From assembly GCA_944391865.1 (NCBI GenBank), contig CALXVD010000002.1:9645-73644 (forward strand): a stretch of 64,000 nt of DNA. Reading direction: 5' to 3'. The position numbers and the translations under genes are program-made. Positions 29,274-40,893 of this stretch are shown piece by piece; position 1 is the stretch's first letter; each line of letters opens with the position of its first letter. The stretch is from an uncultured Clostridia bacterium (lineage in GTDB: Bacteria; Bacillota; Clostridia; TANB77; CAG-508). The notes beneath the pieces are model-generated. The model saw only the letters and a program-made list of their open reading frames with translations, did not search any database and was not told where the DNA came from.

Positions 29274-29858
29274 TTACAAATTTTGTAAACTATTTTTTGC
29301 TAAATTATATTCATTTTTAATAATTGTCATTATTATTTGCACAGTTTTTTCTAAATCATCGTTTTTTAAGACATAGTCATATATTCCTATTTTTGATTCT
29401 TCATAATCGAATCTATTTAATCTAAGTTCTATTTCTTTTAAACTGGCTTTTTCTATTCTATGTTCTAATCTTCTTCTTAATTCTTCTTTTGGAACTCTTA
29501 AAAATATTGTTACTATTTTTACGTCATCTTTTAATAGCTTTATTAAATTTTCTGTTCCATTAACTTCTATGTCTTTTACAATTATTTTACCTTTTTTGAT
29601 ATTTTCGTTTAGAATCTTTTTTGATGTTCCATAGTAATGTTCGTGATGTACAGAGTATTCATAAAACTCGTTTTCTTTAATTTTGTCTTCGAACTCCTTT
29701 GTTGTTACAAAATTATATACTCCCCCATTTACTTCCCCAGGTCTTGGTGGTCTATCTGTGTAAGATGGCATAGTTATTACATTATCCATTCTTTTTAATA
29801 ATTCTTTTTTTATTGTATCTTTTCCAGCCCCTGATACACCAGATAACAATACTAGCAT
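29274..29858 (-). CDS. gmk: guanylate kinase (divergent P-loop GVSGAGKDT)
   Basis: 194 aa. SYTDRPPRPGEVNGGVYNFVTTKEF...YYGTS matches the guanylate kinase core. Adjacent to rpoZ. Confidence 0.75.
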   Translation of the reverse strand: MLVLLSGVSGAGKDTIKKELLKRMDNVITMPSYTDRPPRPGEVNGGVYNFVTTKEFEDKIKENEFYEYSVHHEHYYGTSKKILNENIKKGKIIVKDIEVNGTENLIKLLKDDVKIVTIFLRVPKEELRRRLEHRIEKASLKEIELRLNRFDYEESKIGIYDYVLKNDDLEKTVQIIMTIIKNEYNLAKNSLQNL

Positions 29859-30040
29859 TTTACCACCTTTCCTTCTGCAATTTCGTTTGCAGCAAGAGTA
29901 ACAGCTGATTCTTCATGTACCTTTGTAAGTGGTAGACTTCCTGCTGCTATTTGTCTTGCTCTTTTAGCTGTAACTATTACTAATTCATATCTGTTATTGA
30001 ATATTTTTAATAAATCTGTAACTGTTGGTTTTATAATCAT
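29852..30040 (-). CDS. rpoZ: DNA-directed RNA polymerase subunit omega
   Basis: Likely start is ATG 30038-30040 (MIIKPTVTDLLK..NRYELVIVTAKRARQI) behind AAAGGAG. The ORF-track N-terminal extension runs into repeat F1. Confidence 0.8.
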   Translation of the reverse strand: MIIKPTVTDLLKIFNNRYELVIVTAKRARQIAAGSLPLTKVHEESAVTLAANEIAEGKVVKC

Positions 30041-30064
30041 TTTTATCAATCTCCTTTTTAATAT

Positions 30065-30128
30065 AATGTATGGGGACACTGCTTATTCTTATGCAGTCCC
30101 CTGTGTGAGGAGCAATGTCCCCCGTATC
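30065..30128 (-). repeat. family F hairpin element immediately upstream of the rpoZ RBS
   Basis: On the - strand: gatacGGGGGACATTGCTCCTCACACAggggactgcatAAGaaTAAGCAGTGTCCCCATACATTa. Compare 39668-39731. Confidence 0.7.
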
Positions 30129-30164
30129 ATCTGTTGATGTCAGTTTTCATTTCTCTCTACAATA

Positions 30165-30425
30165 TTACTCTTCTAAGCTCTCTTTATTTATATCTTTGTC
30201 AAGCCTTCCTGCAACTGTTTCTGGCTGTACAGCTGATAAAATTACATGCCCTGAATCCATTATTATAACTGCTCTAGTTCTTCTACCACAAGTTGCATCT
30301 ACAGCCATTTTACTATCTTTTGCTTCTTGTACCAATCTTTTTATTGGAGCAGATTCTGGACTTACGATTGTTATTACCCTATTTGCAGAAATTATATTTC
30401 CAAACCCTATGTTAATTAATTGCAT
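30165..30425 (-). CDS. remA: RemA/DUF370 family regulator
   Basis: 86 aa. [31 protein letters not shown]...[19 protein letters not shown] is the classic RemA sequence. Confidence 0.85.
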   Translation of the reverse strand: MQLINIGFGNIISANRVITIVSPESAPIKRLVQEAKDSKMAVDATCGRRTRAVIIMDSGHVILSAVQPETVAGRLDKDINKESLEE

Positions 30426-30451
30426 TCTTTCATCTCCTTTTTTTAATGTAT

Positions 30452-30555
30452 GAGAAGTGAGAAGTGGGATGTGAGAGGTGGGAGATTAAGATATTTCTAC
30501 GAAGTATATCCCTAGAGGCACACCTCACACCTCACATTTCACACTTCCATACTTC
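30452..30555 (-). repeat. family B element (reverse orientation)
   Basis: gagaagtgagaagtgggatgtgagaggtggga...ggcacacctcacacctcacatttcacacttccatacttc, between yicC and remA. Confidence 0.8.
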
Positions 30556-30564
30556 AAATTAATG

Positions 30565-31443
30565 TTACTCAATATTCTGTACTTGTTCCCTTATATTCTC
30601 TAGTTCTGTTTTTATATCAACAACCATATCAGTAATTTCCAAATTGTTTGCTTTTGAACCTATTGTATTTGTTTCTCTATTCATTTCTTGAATTAAAAAG
30701 TCCATCTTTTTTCCTATTGCTTTATCTTGTTCTAGTAATCCTAAAAACTGTGATATATGACTTTTAAGTCTAGTTAATTCTTCTTCTACAGAACATTTAT
30801 CTGAATATATAACAACTTCTTGAGCAAGTCTTGCTTCATCTACAACATCCGTTTTTAAAAGTTCTTTTATTCTACTTTCTAATTTTACTATATATTCGCT
30901 TACAAGTCCAGTAGAAATGCTAGAAATTTCTTCTACCTTCTTAGAAATTAAATTAATTCTATTTTCTAAATCAAGTTTTATTTTACTTCCTTCTTTAGTT
31001 CTCATATCAATAAAACTATTCATTGCTTCTTTAAAAGCAACAAATAACTCTTTTTCTATTATCTCTTCTGCATCTTCTTCAAGTTTTATATTTAAAACAT
31101 CCGGTAACTTAGAAATATCAATTACATTTATATTATTAACAATATTAGTCTCATCAGCTAATTTCTTTAATTCTTCTATATACCTTTTTGCTATTTCTGT
31201 ATTTATACTTATATTTTTGCATTTATCACTATTATTTGTAAAAGTTATAAATACATCAATTTTTCCTCTTGAAACTGAACTTAATATTTCTTTTTTTATT
31301 TTTTCTTCCAAATAATTGAAATTTCTTGGCATTTTTATATTTATATCATTAAAGCGATTGTTTACAGATTTTATTTCTACTATATATTCTCTTCCTTCAT
31401 TTTCATATATACCTCTTCCAAAGCCAGTCATGCTTTTAATCAT
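30565..31443 (-). CDS. yicC: YicC-family stress-induced protein (endoribonuclease YicC)
   Basis: 292 aa. MIKSMTGFGR start and C-terminal DUF1732 motif (KKMDFLIQEMNRETNTIGSKA). Confidence 0.85.
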   Translation of the reverse strand: MIKSMTGFGRGIYENEGREYIVEIKSVNNRFNDINIKMPRNFNYLEEKIKKEILSSVSRGKIDVFITFTNNSDKCKNISINTEIAKRYIEELKKLADETNIVNNINVIDISKLPDVLNIKLEEDAEEIIEKELFVAFKEAMNSFIDMRTKEGSKIKLDLENRINLISKKVEEISSISTGLVSEYIVKLESRIKELLKTDVVDEARLAQEVVIYSDKCSVEEELTRLKSHISQFLGLLEQDKAIGKKMDFLIQEMNRETNTIGSKANNLEITDMVVDIKTELENIREQVQNIE

Positions 31444-32212
31444 TTTTTGTTACCGCCTTTCTTGGTCTGCCTCTTTTTTTAGGTGTATCTACTTCTTTTT
31501 TTACATCTTTATTTAAGCTGTTTTCTTCTTTTTTAGGTCTTCCTCTCTTTTTTGGTGCATTTGTTTTAATGCTTTTTTTATCAATTTCTTCTTTTAATTG
31601 TTTGTTTTCTTCTTCTTTTTGTTCTTTTTTTGATTTAACTCTTTTGCTAACATCTTCAATTTTCTTTTCTTCTTTCTTTACAGATTCTTTTTGTATATCT
31701 TTCTTCCTATTTAATTCTAATTTTTCTTTTTTTACAATTTCTTTTATATCACTAATATTATCCATATAACCATTCTTTGATTTTATTGATATACATATAG
31801 ATTTTATAACATAGTATAAAGAAATACATATTGCTATCCCTATCATATAATGTTTTTCATATATTGGATCTAATTCAAATATTATGTATGGTAAAAACAA
31901 TGTAAAAATAGCTGCAATTAATGTTTCTATTCCATGTATAGCTAGTTTTCCTTTTTGTTTTCTATAAGATATTTCAAATAAAATAATTGATGTTGCCAAA
32001 AGTATAATACTAAAAATGTTAAAATCTACAATTCTAATATTTTTGGTAGTTCCAACACTTCCTATAATTAAAAAAACAAAATAAAGTATCATTCCTATTG
32101 CAATTGTAATATTAATAAATACTTCTTTTCTTATACTTCCTTTTACTTTTTCTGGTAACTTTGTTTTTTCATTAATTTCCTCTTCTATTTTTTCTAATGT
32201 CTCTTTTTTCAC
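31436..32212 (-). CDS. membrane protein with C-terminal K/E-rich tail and two AT-hook-like motifs
   Basis: 258 aa. 4-5 TM helices, then a charged tail containing PKKRGRPKK and PKKRGRPRK. Confidence 0.5.
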   Translation of the reverse strand: MKKETLEKIEEEINEKTKLPEKVKGSIRKEVFINITIAIGMILYFVFLIIGSVGTTKNIRIVDFNIFSIILLATSIILFEISYRKQKGKLAIHGIETLIAAIFTLFLPYIIFELDPIYEKHYMIGIAICISLYYVIKSICISIKSKNGYMDNISDIKEIVKKEKLELNRKKDIQKESVKKEEKKIEDVSKRVKSKKEQKEEENKQLKEEIDKKSIKTNAPKKRGRPKKEENSLNKDVKKEVDTPKKRGRPRKAVTKND

Positions 32213-32976
32213 TAAATGGCTCCTCCCAAATCTCCTAGCTCATACATTATAATAGAGATTAATGTAAAAGCGACTGTTTCTGTTCTTAATATTCTTTTAC
32301 CTAATGTTATTGGTATTGCCCCGCAATTTGTTAATTCTATTACTTCTTTTTCTTCTAGTCCACCTTCTGGTCCTATTATAATACCAATATTTAAGTTTTT
32401 ATCATAATTTTCCTTATATTTTTGAAGCTCCTGCTTTAATGTAATTTTCTCTTCTTTTTCATATGCTAATAATACTATATCATATTCGCAAGTCAAATTA
32501 CAAATATTTTTAATATTTGTAATTTGATTAATTTTAGGTATAATGTCTCTTCCTGATTGCTTTGCAGCAGTTTCAGATATTTTTTGCCATCTTTCTATTT
32601 TTTTAGTTTTGCTTTTTTCATCTAATTTTACAACACATCTTTCCATTTGAACAGGAGTTATTTCATATGCTCCAAGTTCTACTGATTTTTGTATTATTAG
32701 TTCCATTTTATCTGCTTTAGGCAATCCCTGAAATATTGTTATATGTATATTTGGTTCTGTTTCTGAAGCAACCTTATTAAATATATTACATTCAATACTG
32801 TGAGTATCTATTCTAGTTATTCCACATGTATAATTTTCTAAAGTATCTAAATTACATATTTGTATGTTATGATCAATATTCAGTCTTAAAACGTTTTTTA
32901 TATGGTTTACATCTTCACCTATTATTATAATTTTATTATCTTTTATTTGATCGTTTTTTACAAAAAATTTTGGCAT
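32212..32976 (-). CDS. rsmE: 16S rRNA (uracil1498-N3)-methyltransferase RsmE
   Basis: 254 aa. HIKNVLRL N-terminal PUA-like part and C-terminal SPOUT knot (IIIGPEGGLEEKEV...LGKRILRTETV). Confidence 0.85.
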   Translation of the reverse strand: MPKFFVKNDQIKDNKIIIIGEDVNHIKNVLRLNIDHNIQICNLDTLENYTCGITRIDTHSIECNIFNKVASETEPNIHITIFQGLPKADKMELIIQKSVELGAYEITPVQMERCVVKLDEKSKTKKIERWQKISETAAKQSGRDIIPKINQITNIKNICNLTCEYDIVLLAYEKEEKITLKQELQKYKENYDKNLNIGIIIGPEGGLEEKEVIELTNCGAIPITLGKRILRTETVAFTLISIIMYELGDLGGAI

Positions 32977-33009
32977 ATTTTCTCCTTCTTTTTCTTATTT
33001 ATAATTACA

Positions 33010-33034
33010 GGCGGACACAAGGTCCGCCCTCTCA
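33010..33034 (+). repeat. family A GC-rich hairpin repeat
   Basis: GGCGGACacaaGGTCCGCCctctca, directly upstream of the B element at 33057. Confidence 0.6.
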
Positions 33035-33056
33035 TTAATTTTTTCAGTCTGATGTT

Positions 33057-33157
33057 GGAAGTGGGATGTGGGACGTGGGAAATCGATGCAGATCCTACGA
33101 ATACCGACCTTAAAATCCCACTTCTCACCTCTCACATCTCACCGCTAAATTACAATT
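33057..33157. repeat. family B element (divergent core)
   Basis: ggaagtgggatgtgggacgtggga...tcccacttctcacctctcacatctcaccgctAAATTACAATTT, downstream of dnaJ. Confidence 0.7.
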
Positions 33158-33183
33158 TAAAATTCGGTTTGAATATCAAAAGG

Positions 33184-34340
33184 TTACCCAAATATTCCTC
33201 TTTTTCTTACTGGTGGTTGCTCATTCATAGTTTTTGCAAGTTTTGTTAATAATTCTCTTTGCTCTGCTGTTAGTTTTTTTGGTGTTTGAACAGTAACTGT
33301 AAAAATAAAATCTCCACTCCAATTTCCGTTTACAGACTTAAATCCTTTGTTTCTTATTGTAAATTTACTTCCTGTTTGTGTTCCTTCTGGAATTCTATAG
33401 TTTTCTTTGCTTCCATCTACCATTGGTATTTTTAAATCTGCACCAAGTGTTGCTTGTGTAAATGTAATTGGTATTTCACAAATGACATTATCTCCATTTC
33501 TAGAAAAAATACTGTGTCTTTTTATACTTACAACAATATATAAATCACCTTTAGGTCCGCCTTTTTCTCCTGGTTCTCCTTCTCCTCTTAATACTACTGT
33601 TTGGTTATCTGCTATTCCTGCAGGTATTTTTACTTGTATTTTTACTGGTTTTCTAATTTTTCCGTTTGCCCCTACATTCTGAACATTTTTCTTTTATAAC
33701 TTTTCCTTCTCCTCCACATATAGGGCAAGTCTTTGTTGTTTGCATTTGTCCGAAGTATTGTAGATACAGTTTGTTTTATTGTTCCTGTACCTCCACAACT
33801 TTTACAAGTTTCTACACTTGTTCCTGGTTTTGCTTTGCTTCCATGGCATACCGGACATTCTTCGTCCCTTGAAATTGCTATTTCTTTTTCTACTCCTAAA
33901 TATGACTCTTCAAAAGTAATAGTCATATTATATTTCAAATCTCTACCTTTTTTTGGTCCTGCTTTTTGTCTTGAAGTTCTTCCTCCAAATCCACCACCAA
34001 AAAATGATGAAAAGATATCTCCTAAATCTCCAAAATCAGAAAAACCGTCAAATCCAGAAGTTGTATAAGAATAATATCCCCCAGCTCCAGGGCCTCCTCC
34101 TCCAAAGCCTTGTGGTCCATTATGTCCAAATTGATCATACATTTTTCTTTTTTGAGGGTCAGATAAATTTTCATATGCTTCATTTACTTCTTTAAATTTC
34201 TCTTCTGCCTCTTGTTTATTATCTGGGTTTGCGTCAGGATGATATTTTTTTGCCAGTTTTCTATATGCTCTTTTTATTTCATCATCAGTTGCTGTTTTAT
34301 CTACTCCTAGTACCTCATAATAATCTCTTTTATTTGCCAT
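33184..34340 (-). CDS. dnaJ: chaperone DnaJ (needs +1 recoding at CGG 33750-33752 and 33662-33664)
   Basis: J domain (DYYEVLGV...HPD), G/F region, and Zn-finger CxxCxGxG repeats restored only after both shifts ([38 protein letters not shown]...). The C-terminal piece is ORF 33184..33423. Confidence 0.9.
33662..33664 (-). other. in-frame CGG, +1 recoding site (dnaJ, 2nd)
   Basis: GGC AAA CGG AAA AAT TAG becomes [19 protein letters not shown]. Confidence 0.8.
33750..33752 (-). other. in-frame CGG, +1 recoding site (dnaJ, 1st)
   Basis: ATA CTT CGG ACA AAT becomes [19 protein letters not shown]. Confidence 0.8.
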
Positions 34341-34427
34341 ATTCCACATTCCTTTCTAAAGCATTTCTATATTTCAAATTATATCTATATTATGTGTTAC
34401 CTCTAATACACATATAATTTGAAAGTT

Positions 34428-34505
34428 GTGTAGGGGTCGCTGCCCACAGCGACCCATTAATTTTAGATTTTCTTTTACGGGTCGCTGTGGGCAGCGACCC
34501 CTACA
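34428..34505. repeat. pair of family A hairpins in perfect inverted orientation
   Basis: tgtaggggtcgctgcccacagcgaccc (34428-34454) and its exact reverse complement gggtcgctgtgggcagcgacccctaca (34479-34505), separated by a 24-nt AT-rich spacer. Lies in the dnaK-dnaJ spacer. Confidence 0.85.
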
Positions 34506-34536
34506 TTTTATATAAACAATTAAATTTTCATTCGTT

Positions 34537-36423
<1,887 letters not shown>

Positions 36424-36461
36424 TTATTTATATTTTTAAAATTAAAAACTATTTAATTAAA

Positions 36462-36579
36462 TTAACATCAAAAACGAGTATTGCTAGGCAGACGAACTAA
36501 AAAACCGGAGGCGTACATAGGTACGTCGAGGATTTTTTAAGTGATGTCTAACAACGCAAGACGAAGTTTTTCATGTTAA
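36462..36579. repeat. long imperfect palindrome (about 118 nt) in the grpE-dnaK spacer
   Basis: ttaacatcaaaaac...cgtacataggtacg...gtttttcatgttaa. The right terminus overlaps the grpE stop codon (36576-36578). Confidence 0.65.
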
Positions 36580-37085
36580 TTTGCAACTACTACCATTGAA
36601 TGACGCACTACCTTTGTTCCAATTTTATATCCTTTTCTAAATTCTTGCACAATTTCTTTTTCTCCTTTTGTTTCGTCTTGAATACTACTTACTGCTTCGT
36701 GTACTTCTGGATCAAAAGTTTCTCCTACTGTTTTTATTTCTTCTACTCCAAATTTTGCAAGTACATCATTAAATTGTTTTAATACTAATTCTATACCTTG
36801 TTTATAATTTTCATCTTTTGTTTCTACAGATAATGCTTTTTCTAGATTATCTATTACTGGTAAAAAACTAGAAACTATATCTGCTAGAAGAGAATTATAT
36901 AGCATTTCTCTTTCTTTATTGCTTCTTTTTTTATAGTTTTCAAACTCTGCCATTATTCTTTTTAGCCTATCATTTGTTTCCTCTAGTTCTTGTTTCATTG
37001 CTCCTAGTTCATCGTTTTCTTTTGCTTCTGTTTCTCTTTTTTCCTCTTTATTTTCATTTAATTCTTCTTTTTTTTCTTCTGACAT
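36576..37085 (-). CDS. grpE: nucleotide exchange factor GrpE
   Basis: True start is probably ATG 37083-37085 (MSEEKKE) behind AAGGAGGA. The ORF-track extension to 37190 is repeat B5. GrpE core: RLKRIMAEFENYKKR...GYKIGTKVVRHSMVVV. Confidence 0.9.
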   Translation of the reverse strand: MSEEKKEELNENKEEKRETEAKENDELGAMKQELEETNDRLKRIMAEFENYKKRSNKEREMLYNSLLADIVSSFLPVIDNLEKALSVETKDENYKQGIELVLKQFNDVLAKFGVEEIKTVGETFDPEVHEAVSSIQDETKGEKEIVQEFRKGYKIGTKVVRHSMVVVAN

Positions 37086-37107
37086 TTTATCCTCCTTAAT
37101 ATATGCT

Positions 37108-37200
37108 GTGGGAAGTAAGATGTGGGAAGTGGGAATATATATCAAATTTATGTAATTCTTAATGCAAAAGGCACACTTCACACCTCTCACTTCTCATCTC
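37108..37200 (-). repeat. family B element (reverse orientation)
   Basis: gtgggaagtaagatgtgggaagtggga...ggcacacttcacacctctcacttctcatctc, in the hrcA-grpE spacer. Wrongly translated as a GrpE N-terminus in the ORF track. Confidence 0.8.
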
Positions 37201-37216
37201 TAAATAATATTCAAAT

Positions 37217-38224
37217 CTATTCATTTTCATTTAATTTTTTACTAATGTATTTCATGATAGAAATTACTTTTGAATAATTCATTCTTTTAGGACCAATTAT
37301 TCCTATTGTTCCCATATCTTTATTTCCAACTTTATGTTTAAATGTTATTATGCTTAAATCTTTTAAGTCTTCATTTTCATTTTCATCACCTATAAATACA
37401 TTTATATCTTTTGCAATCCCAGAATTAAATATTTCTAGCATTTCTTCTTTTGTATCTAATATACTTAAGAAGTTTTTAGCGGTATCTATCTTTTTAAATT
37501 CTGGAAAATCAAATACTTTGCTTGCTCCTTCTAAATATATTTTGTTTGTATCTTCTATTGCTCTATTCATTTGTTGTATTATAGGCTTTATAACCTTTGC
37601 TTGGTCTTTCATTGTAGATAAGATGTATTCTTCCATTGGCTTATCTATCTTTTCAAATGGTTTACCTCTTAATTTATTGTTAAATGTTATATTTAAGTCG
37701 TTTATTTGGTTTTGAGAAACATCTTCATCATATTTAATAATTGTTTCTTTTACAGCACCATTTTCTGTAAGTATTACTGCCATAAGTAGTCTTTCTCCAA
37801 GAAGGATAAATTTAATATCTTTAATTATGTTATTGCTAGAATCTGGTCCTATTGCAACAGTTGTATAATGTGTCATTTCTGATATTGTATTTGTTGTTAT
37901 TTTTGTTAAATCTTCAATTTCATTTACCTTAGTTTGCAAATTTTCTCTTATATATTGTATTTCTTCTAAACTAATATTTTCATCGTTTAAAAGTTCATCC
38001 ACATAAAATCTGTATCCTTTTACAGAAGGAATTCTACCAGCTGATGTATGGGGTTTTTCTAAATATCCTTCATGTTCTAATTCTGCCATATCATTTCTAA
38101 TAGTTGCACTGCTATAATCTAATCCATACTTTTCAACTAATATTGCTGAGCTAACTGGTTCTGCTGTATTGATATATTCTTCTATTACAGATTGTAATAC
38201 TTGTTTTTTCCTATCATCTAACAA
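37217..38224 (-). CDS. hrcA: heat-inducible transcription repressor HrcA
   Basis: 335 aa, TTG start. N-terminal wHTH (EPVSSAILVEKYGLDYSSATIRNDMAELE..GYLEKPHTSAGRIP). CIRCE operators upstream. Confidence 0.9.
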   Translation of the reverse strand: MLDDRKKQVLQSVIEEYINTAEPVSSAILVEKYGLDYSSATIRNDMAELEHEGYLEKPHTSAGRIPSVKGYRFYVDELLNDENISLEEIQYIRENLQTKVNEIEDLTKITTNTISEMTHYTTVAIGPDSSNNIIKDIKFILLGERLLMAVILTENGAVKETIIKYDEDVSQNQINDLNITFNNKLRGKPFEKIDKPMEEYILSTMKDQAKVIKPIIQQMNRAIEDTNKIYLEGASKVFDFPEFKKIDTAKNFLSILDTKEEMLEIFNSGIAKDINVFIGDENENEDLKDLSIITFKHKVGNKDMGTIGIIGPKRMNYSKVISIMKYISKKLNENE

Positions 38225-38239
38225 CTTTCACACCTCGTT

Positions 38240-38266
38240 TTAGCACTCTTTGTTTTTTACTGCTAA
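38240..38266 (-). promoter_or_regulatory. CIRCE operator upstream of hrcA
   Basis: - strand TTAGCAGTA-aaaaacaaa-GAGTGCTAA, 15 nt upstream of the hrcA TTG start. Confidence 0.7.
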
Positions 38267-38282
38267 TATATTATACCCAATT

Positions 38283-38309
38283 TTAGCAAAAGTCAATACA
38301 GTTTGCTAA
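38283..38309 (-). promoter_or_regulatory. second CIRCE-like inverted repeat overlapping the putative hrcA promoter
   Basis: - strand TTAGCAAAC-tgtattgac-TTTTGCTAA with an embedded TTGACT. TATAAT at 38270-38275. Confidence 0.5.
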
Positions 38310-38343
38310 TTTTTTAAAACAAAAAAAGGACATATGCCCTTTT

Positions 38344-39652
38344 TTATGCTATTTCTCCTTGTTTTTGAGAATTAACAGATTTTTTCTTTATTTTTGCTCT
38401 CTTAGTTTCTTTGTTTTCATTAATAATTAATTTAGGTCCAGTTTTCTTTTCAACAGTATCTTTTGTTATAATGCATTTTTCAATTTTTGGATTTGTTGGA
38501 ACATCAAACATTATATCTCTCATTATATCTTCTATAATAGAACGAAGTCCTCTTGCTCCTGTATTTCTTTCTAAAGCTTTTTCTACAATTGCATTTAATG
38601 CTTCATCTTCAAACTCTAATTCTACTCCATCTAGTTCTAATAATTTTTTGTATTGTTTTGTTAAAGCATTTTTAGGTTTTGTAACAATATTTATTAGAGC
38701 TTCTTTGTCTAGTTCTCTTAATGTTGCAATTATTGGAAGTCTTCCTACAAACTCTGGAATTAATCCAAATTTTAGTAAATCTTGTGGCAAAAGTTCTTCA
38801 AATATTTTGTATTTTTCTTGTTCTTTTTTGCTTTCTATTTCTGCGCCAAAGCCCATTCCTTTTTTACCGGTTCTGTCCTTTATAATTTTTTCTAATCCTT
38901 CAAAAGCCCCTCCACAAATAAATAATATGTTTGATGTATCTATTTGCAAAAACTCTTGATGTGGATGCTTTCTTCCTCCTTGTGGTGGAACAGATGCAAC
39001 AGTTCCTTCTATTATTTTTAGTAGTGCTTGTTGTACCCCTTCTCCACTAACATCTCTTGTAATTGATGGATTTTCTGATTTTCTCGTTATTTTGTCTATT
39101 TCATCTATATATATAATTCCTTTTTGTGCTTTTGGAATATCATATTCTGCTGCTTGAATTAATTTAAGTAATATGTTTTCTACATCTTCTCCCACATATC
39201 CTGCTTCTGTTAAAGTTGTAGCATCTGCTATTGCAAAAGGAACATTTAATATTCTTGCAAGTGTTTGGGCAAGAAGTGTTTTTCCACATCCTGTTGGTCC
39301 AAGTAGCAAAACATTGCTTTTTTGAATTTCCACATCATCTATAATTTCGTCACATGAAATACGTTTATAATGGTTATACACAGCAACAGATAATGTTTTT
39401 TTAGCATCTTCTTGGCCGAATTACATATTCATCTAATATGCTTTTTATTTCTGCTGGTGTTGGTATATCTTCTGATTTTATATCTTCATATCCCATTTCG
39501 TCTTCGTAATGCTCATCTTCTATAATGTTGTTGCATATTGCTATACACTCATCACAAATGTATGCATTTGGTCCTGCAACTATTCTTTTTACCATTTCTT
39601 GTGGTTTTCCACAAAATGAACATCTTATGTTTTGGTTATTATTTCTTGGCAT
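38344..39652 (-). CDS. clpX: ATP-dependent Clp protease ATP-binding subunit ClpX (needs +1 recoding at CGG 39416-39418)
   Basis: Zn-ribbon CSFCGK...CDEC in piece 39401..39682 and the AAA+ core in 38344..39381. Repair gives [25 protein letters not shown]. Start ATG 39650-39652 behind AAAGGAGG. Confidence 0.92.
39416..39418 (-). other. in-frame CGG, +1 recoding site (clpX)
   Basis: GTA ATT CGG CCA AGA becomes [20 protein letters not shown] (GGC as the +1 codon). Confidence 0.85.
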
Positions 39653-39667
39653 TATGGCCTCCTTTCT

Positions 39668-39731
39668 AATGTATAGGGACACAGCTTACCTTAGAGGTAT
39701 CTCTATGTTTGAGGAGCTATGTCCCTACTTA
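39668..39731 (-). repeat. family F hairpin element immediately upstream of the clpX RBS
   Basis: On the - strand: taagtaGGGACATAGCTCCTCAAACAtagagatacctctAAGgTAAGCTGTGTCCCTATACATTa. The stem GGGACAT.GCT/AGC.GTGTCCC is kept with one compensatory pair. Confidence 0.7.
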
Positions 39732-39774
39732 TGAATTGCTAATGATAGTTATTATGTTTTCTTGATTTTTTATC

Positions 39775-40380
39775 TTACTTTCTTACATCTATGATTTCAT
39801 CAATTAATCCATATTTTAATGCTTCTTCTGCTGTCATGTAATGGTCTCTTTCTGTGTCTTTTTCTATTTGTTCTAGACTTTGACCTGTTTTTTCACTTAA
39901 TAATTTATTTAATTTTTCTCTTGTTCTTACCATGTGGTCTGCATGAATTTTTATTTCTGTTGTTTGACCAGAAAGTCCTCCTGAAATTAGAGGTTGATGT
40001 ATTAGTATTTCTGAATTTGGTGTTGCAAATCTTTTTCCTTTTGTTCCGCAAGTTAAAAGGACAGACCCCATACTTGCAGCAAGACCAATACATATTGTAG
40101 AAACTGGGCATTTTATATAGTTCATTGTGTCTACTATTGCCATTCCATCTGTAATAGATCCGCCTGGACTATTAATGTAAAATGATATTTCTTTATCTGG
40201 ATCCTCTGACTCTAAAAATAACATTTGCGCAATTACTAAACTTGCTGTTACATGATTTACATCTTCACTTAAAAATATAATTCTATCTTTTAATAATCTT
40301 GAAAATATATCGTATGATCTTTCCCCTCTTCCTGTTTGTTCAATTACATAAGGTACTAAACTGTTTTTTAAACTATCCAT
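39775..40380 (-). CDS. clpP: ATP-dependent Clp protease proteolytic subunit ClpP
   Basis: 201 aa. Catalytic region [11 protein letters not shown] and IHQP. Confidence 0.95.
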   Translation of the reverse strand: MDSLKNSLVPYVIEQTGRGERSYDIFSRLLKDRIIFLSEDVNHVTASLVIAQMLFLESEDPDKEISFYINSPGGSITDGMAIVDTMNYIKCPVSTICIGLAASMGSVLLTCGTKGKRFATPNSEILIHQPLISGGLSGQTTEIKIHADHMVRTREKLNKLLSEKTGQSLEQIEKDTERDHYMTAEEALKYGLIDEIIDVRK

Positions 40381-40430
40381 AAAATTTTCCTCCTTTGATT
40401 TATTCCTTTAGACAAATTGGAATTTGTGTG

Positions 40431-40836
40431 ATTAAATTTATTGCAAAAATTTCTAATTATTAAACTAAATATAAAATATGAATTTTGAAAATAATGTCCT
40501 CCAAGGCATACGCGGGTATTCCCCCGCCTCAATGGGCTGTCGGACCATTATTTGTCAAAATTAATATTTTTATATTTTAACCCTTTAATGAAAATTAAAA
40601 TTTTCATTAAATTGATGATTTTAAATTGTAGAGTAGCGCGAAGAGATTTCCATTTATATTTTTCGAGCGGGTTACGGGTGGGGACCGACAAGCTTAGATT
40701 ATGTTTAGAAAATTTAGCGCCAGCTAAAATTTTATTACATAATCTGCACAGTTGGGGCGCGCGAGATAAAATATAAATAAATCTCTGGGAGCGAATCTAA
40801 AAACAAATTTAATTTTAAAATCCAAATTACAATTCA
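40431..40836 (+). repeat. family D element (copy 2)
   Basis: Same orientation as copy 1. Lies between the clpP start and the tig stop. ORF 40552..40776 inside it is not credible. Followed by a + strand hairpin plus T-run at 40837-40893. Confidence 0.8.
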
Positions 40837-40893
40837 GGGTAATAACCATATTTATATTATTCTATAAACAAGCTATTACCCCCTTTATTTTTT
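40837..40893 (+). terminator. possible + strand terminator closing family D copy 2
   Basis: GGGTAATA...(29-nt loop)...TATTACCC followed by CCTTTATTTTTTA on the + strand. There is no T-run on the - strand. Confidence 0.35.

Noticed and set aside
37086-37190. N-terminal extensions of GrpE (to 37190), ClpX (to 39682), RpoZ (to 30079), RuvB (to 54082), PrmC (to 63288), the CmpB-like protein (to 26179) and DnaJ/DnaK
   Set aside because: The extensions translate repeat elements or AT-rich leader sequence. Internal ATGs with good GGAGG-type RBS spacing give canonical N-termini.
40552-40776. 74-aa ORF inside family D copy 2
   Set aside because: It lies within a repeated non-coding element. The paralogous copy at 14888-15298 does not maintain the frame through the variable segment. 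There is no RBS.
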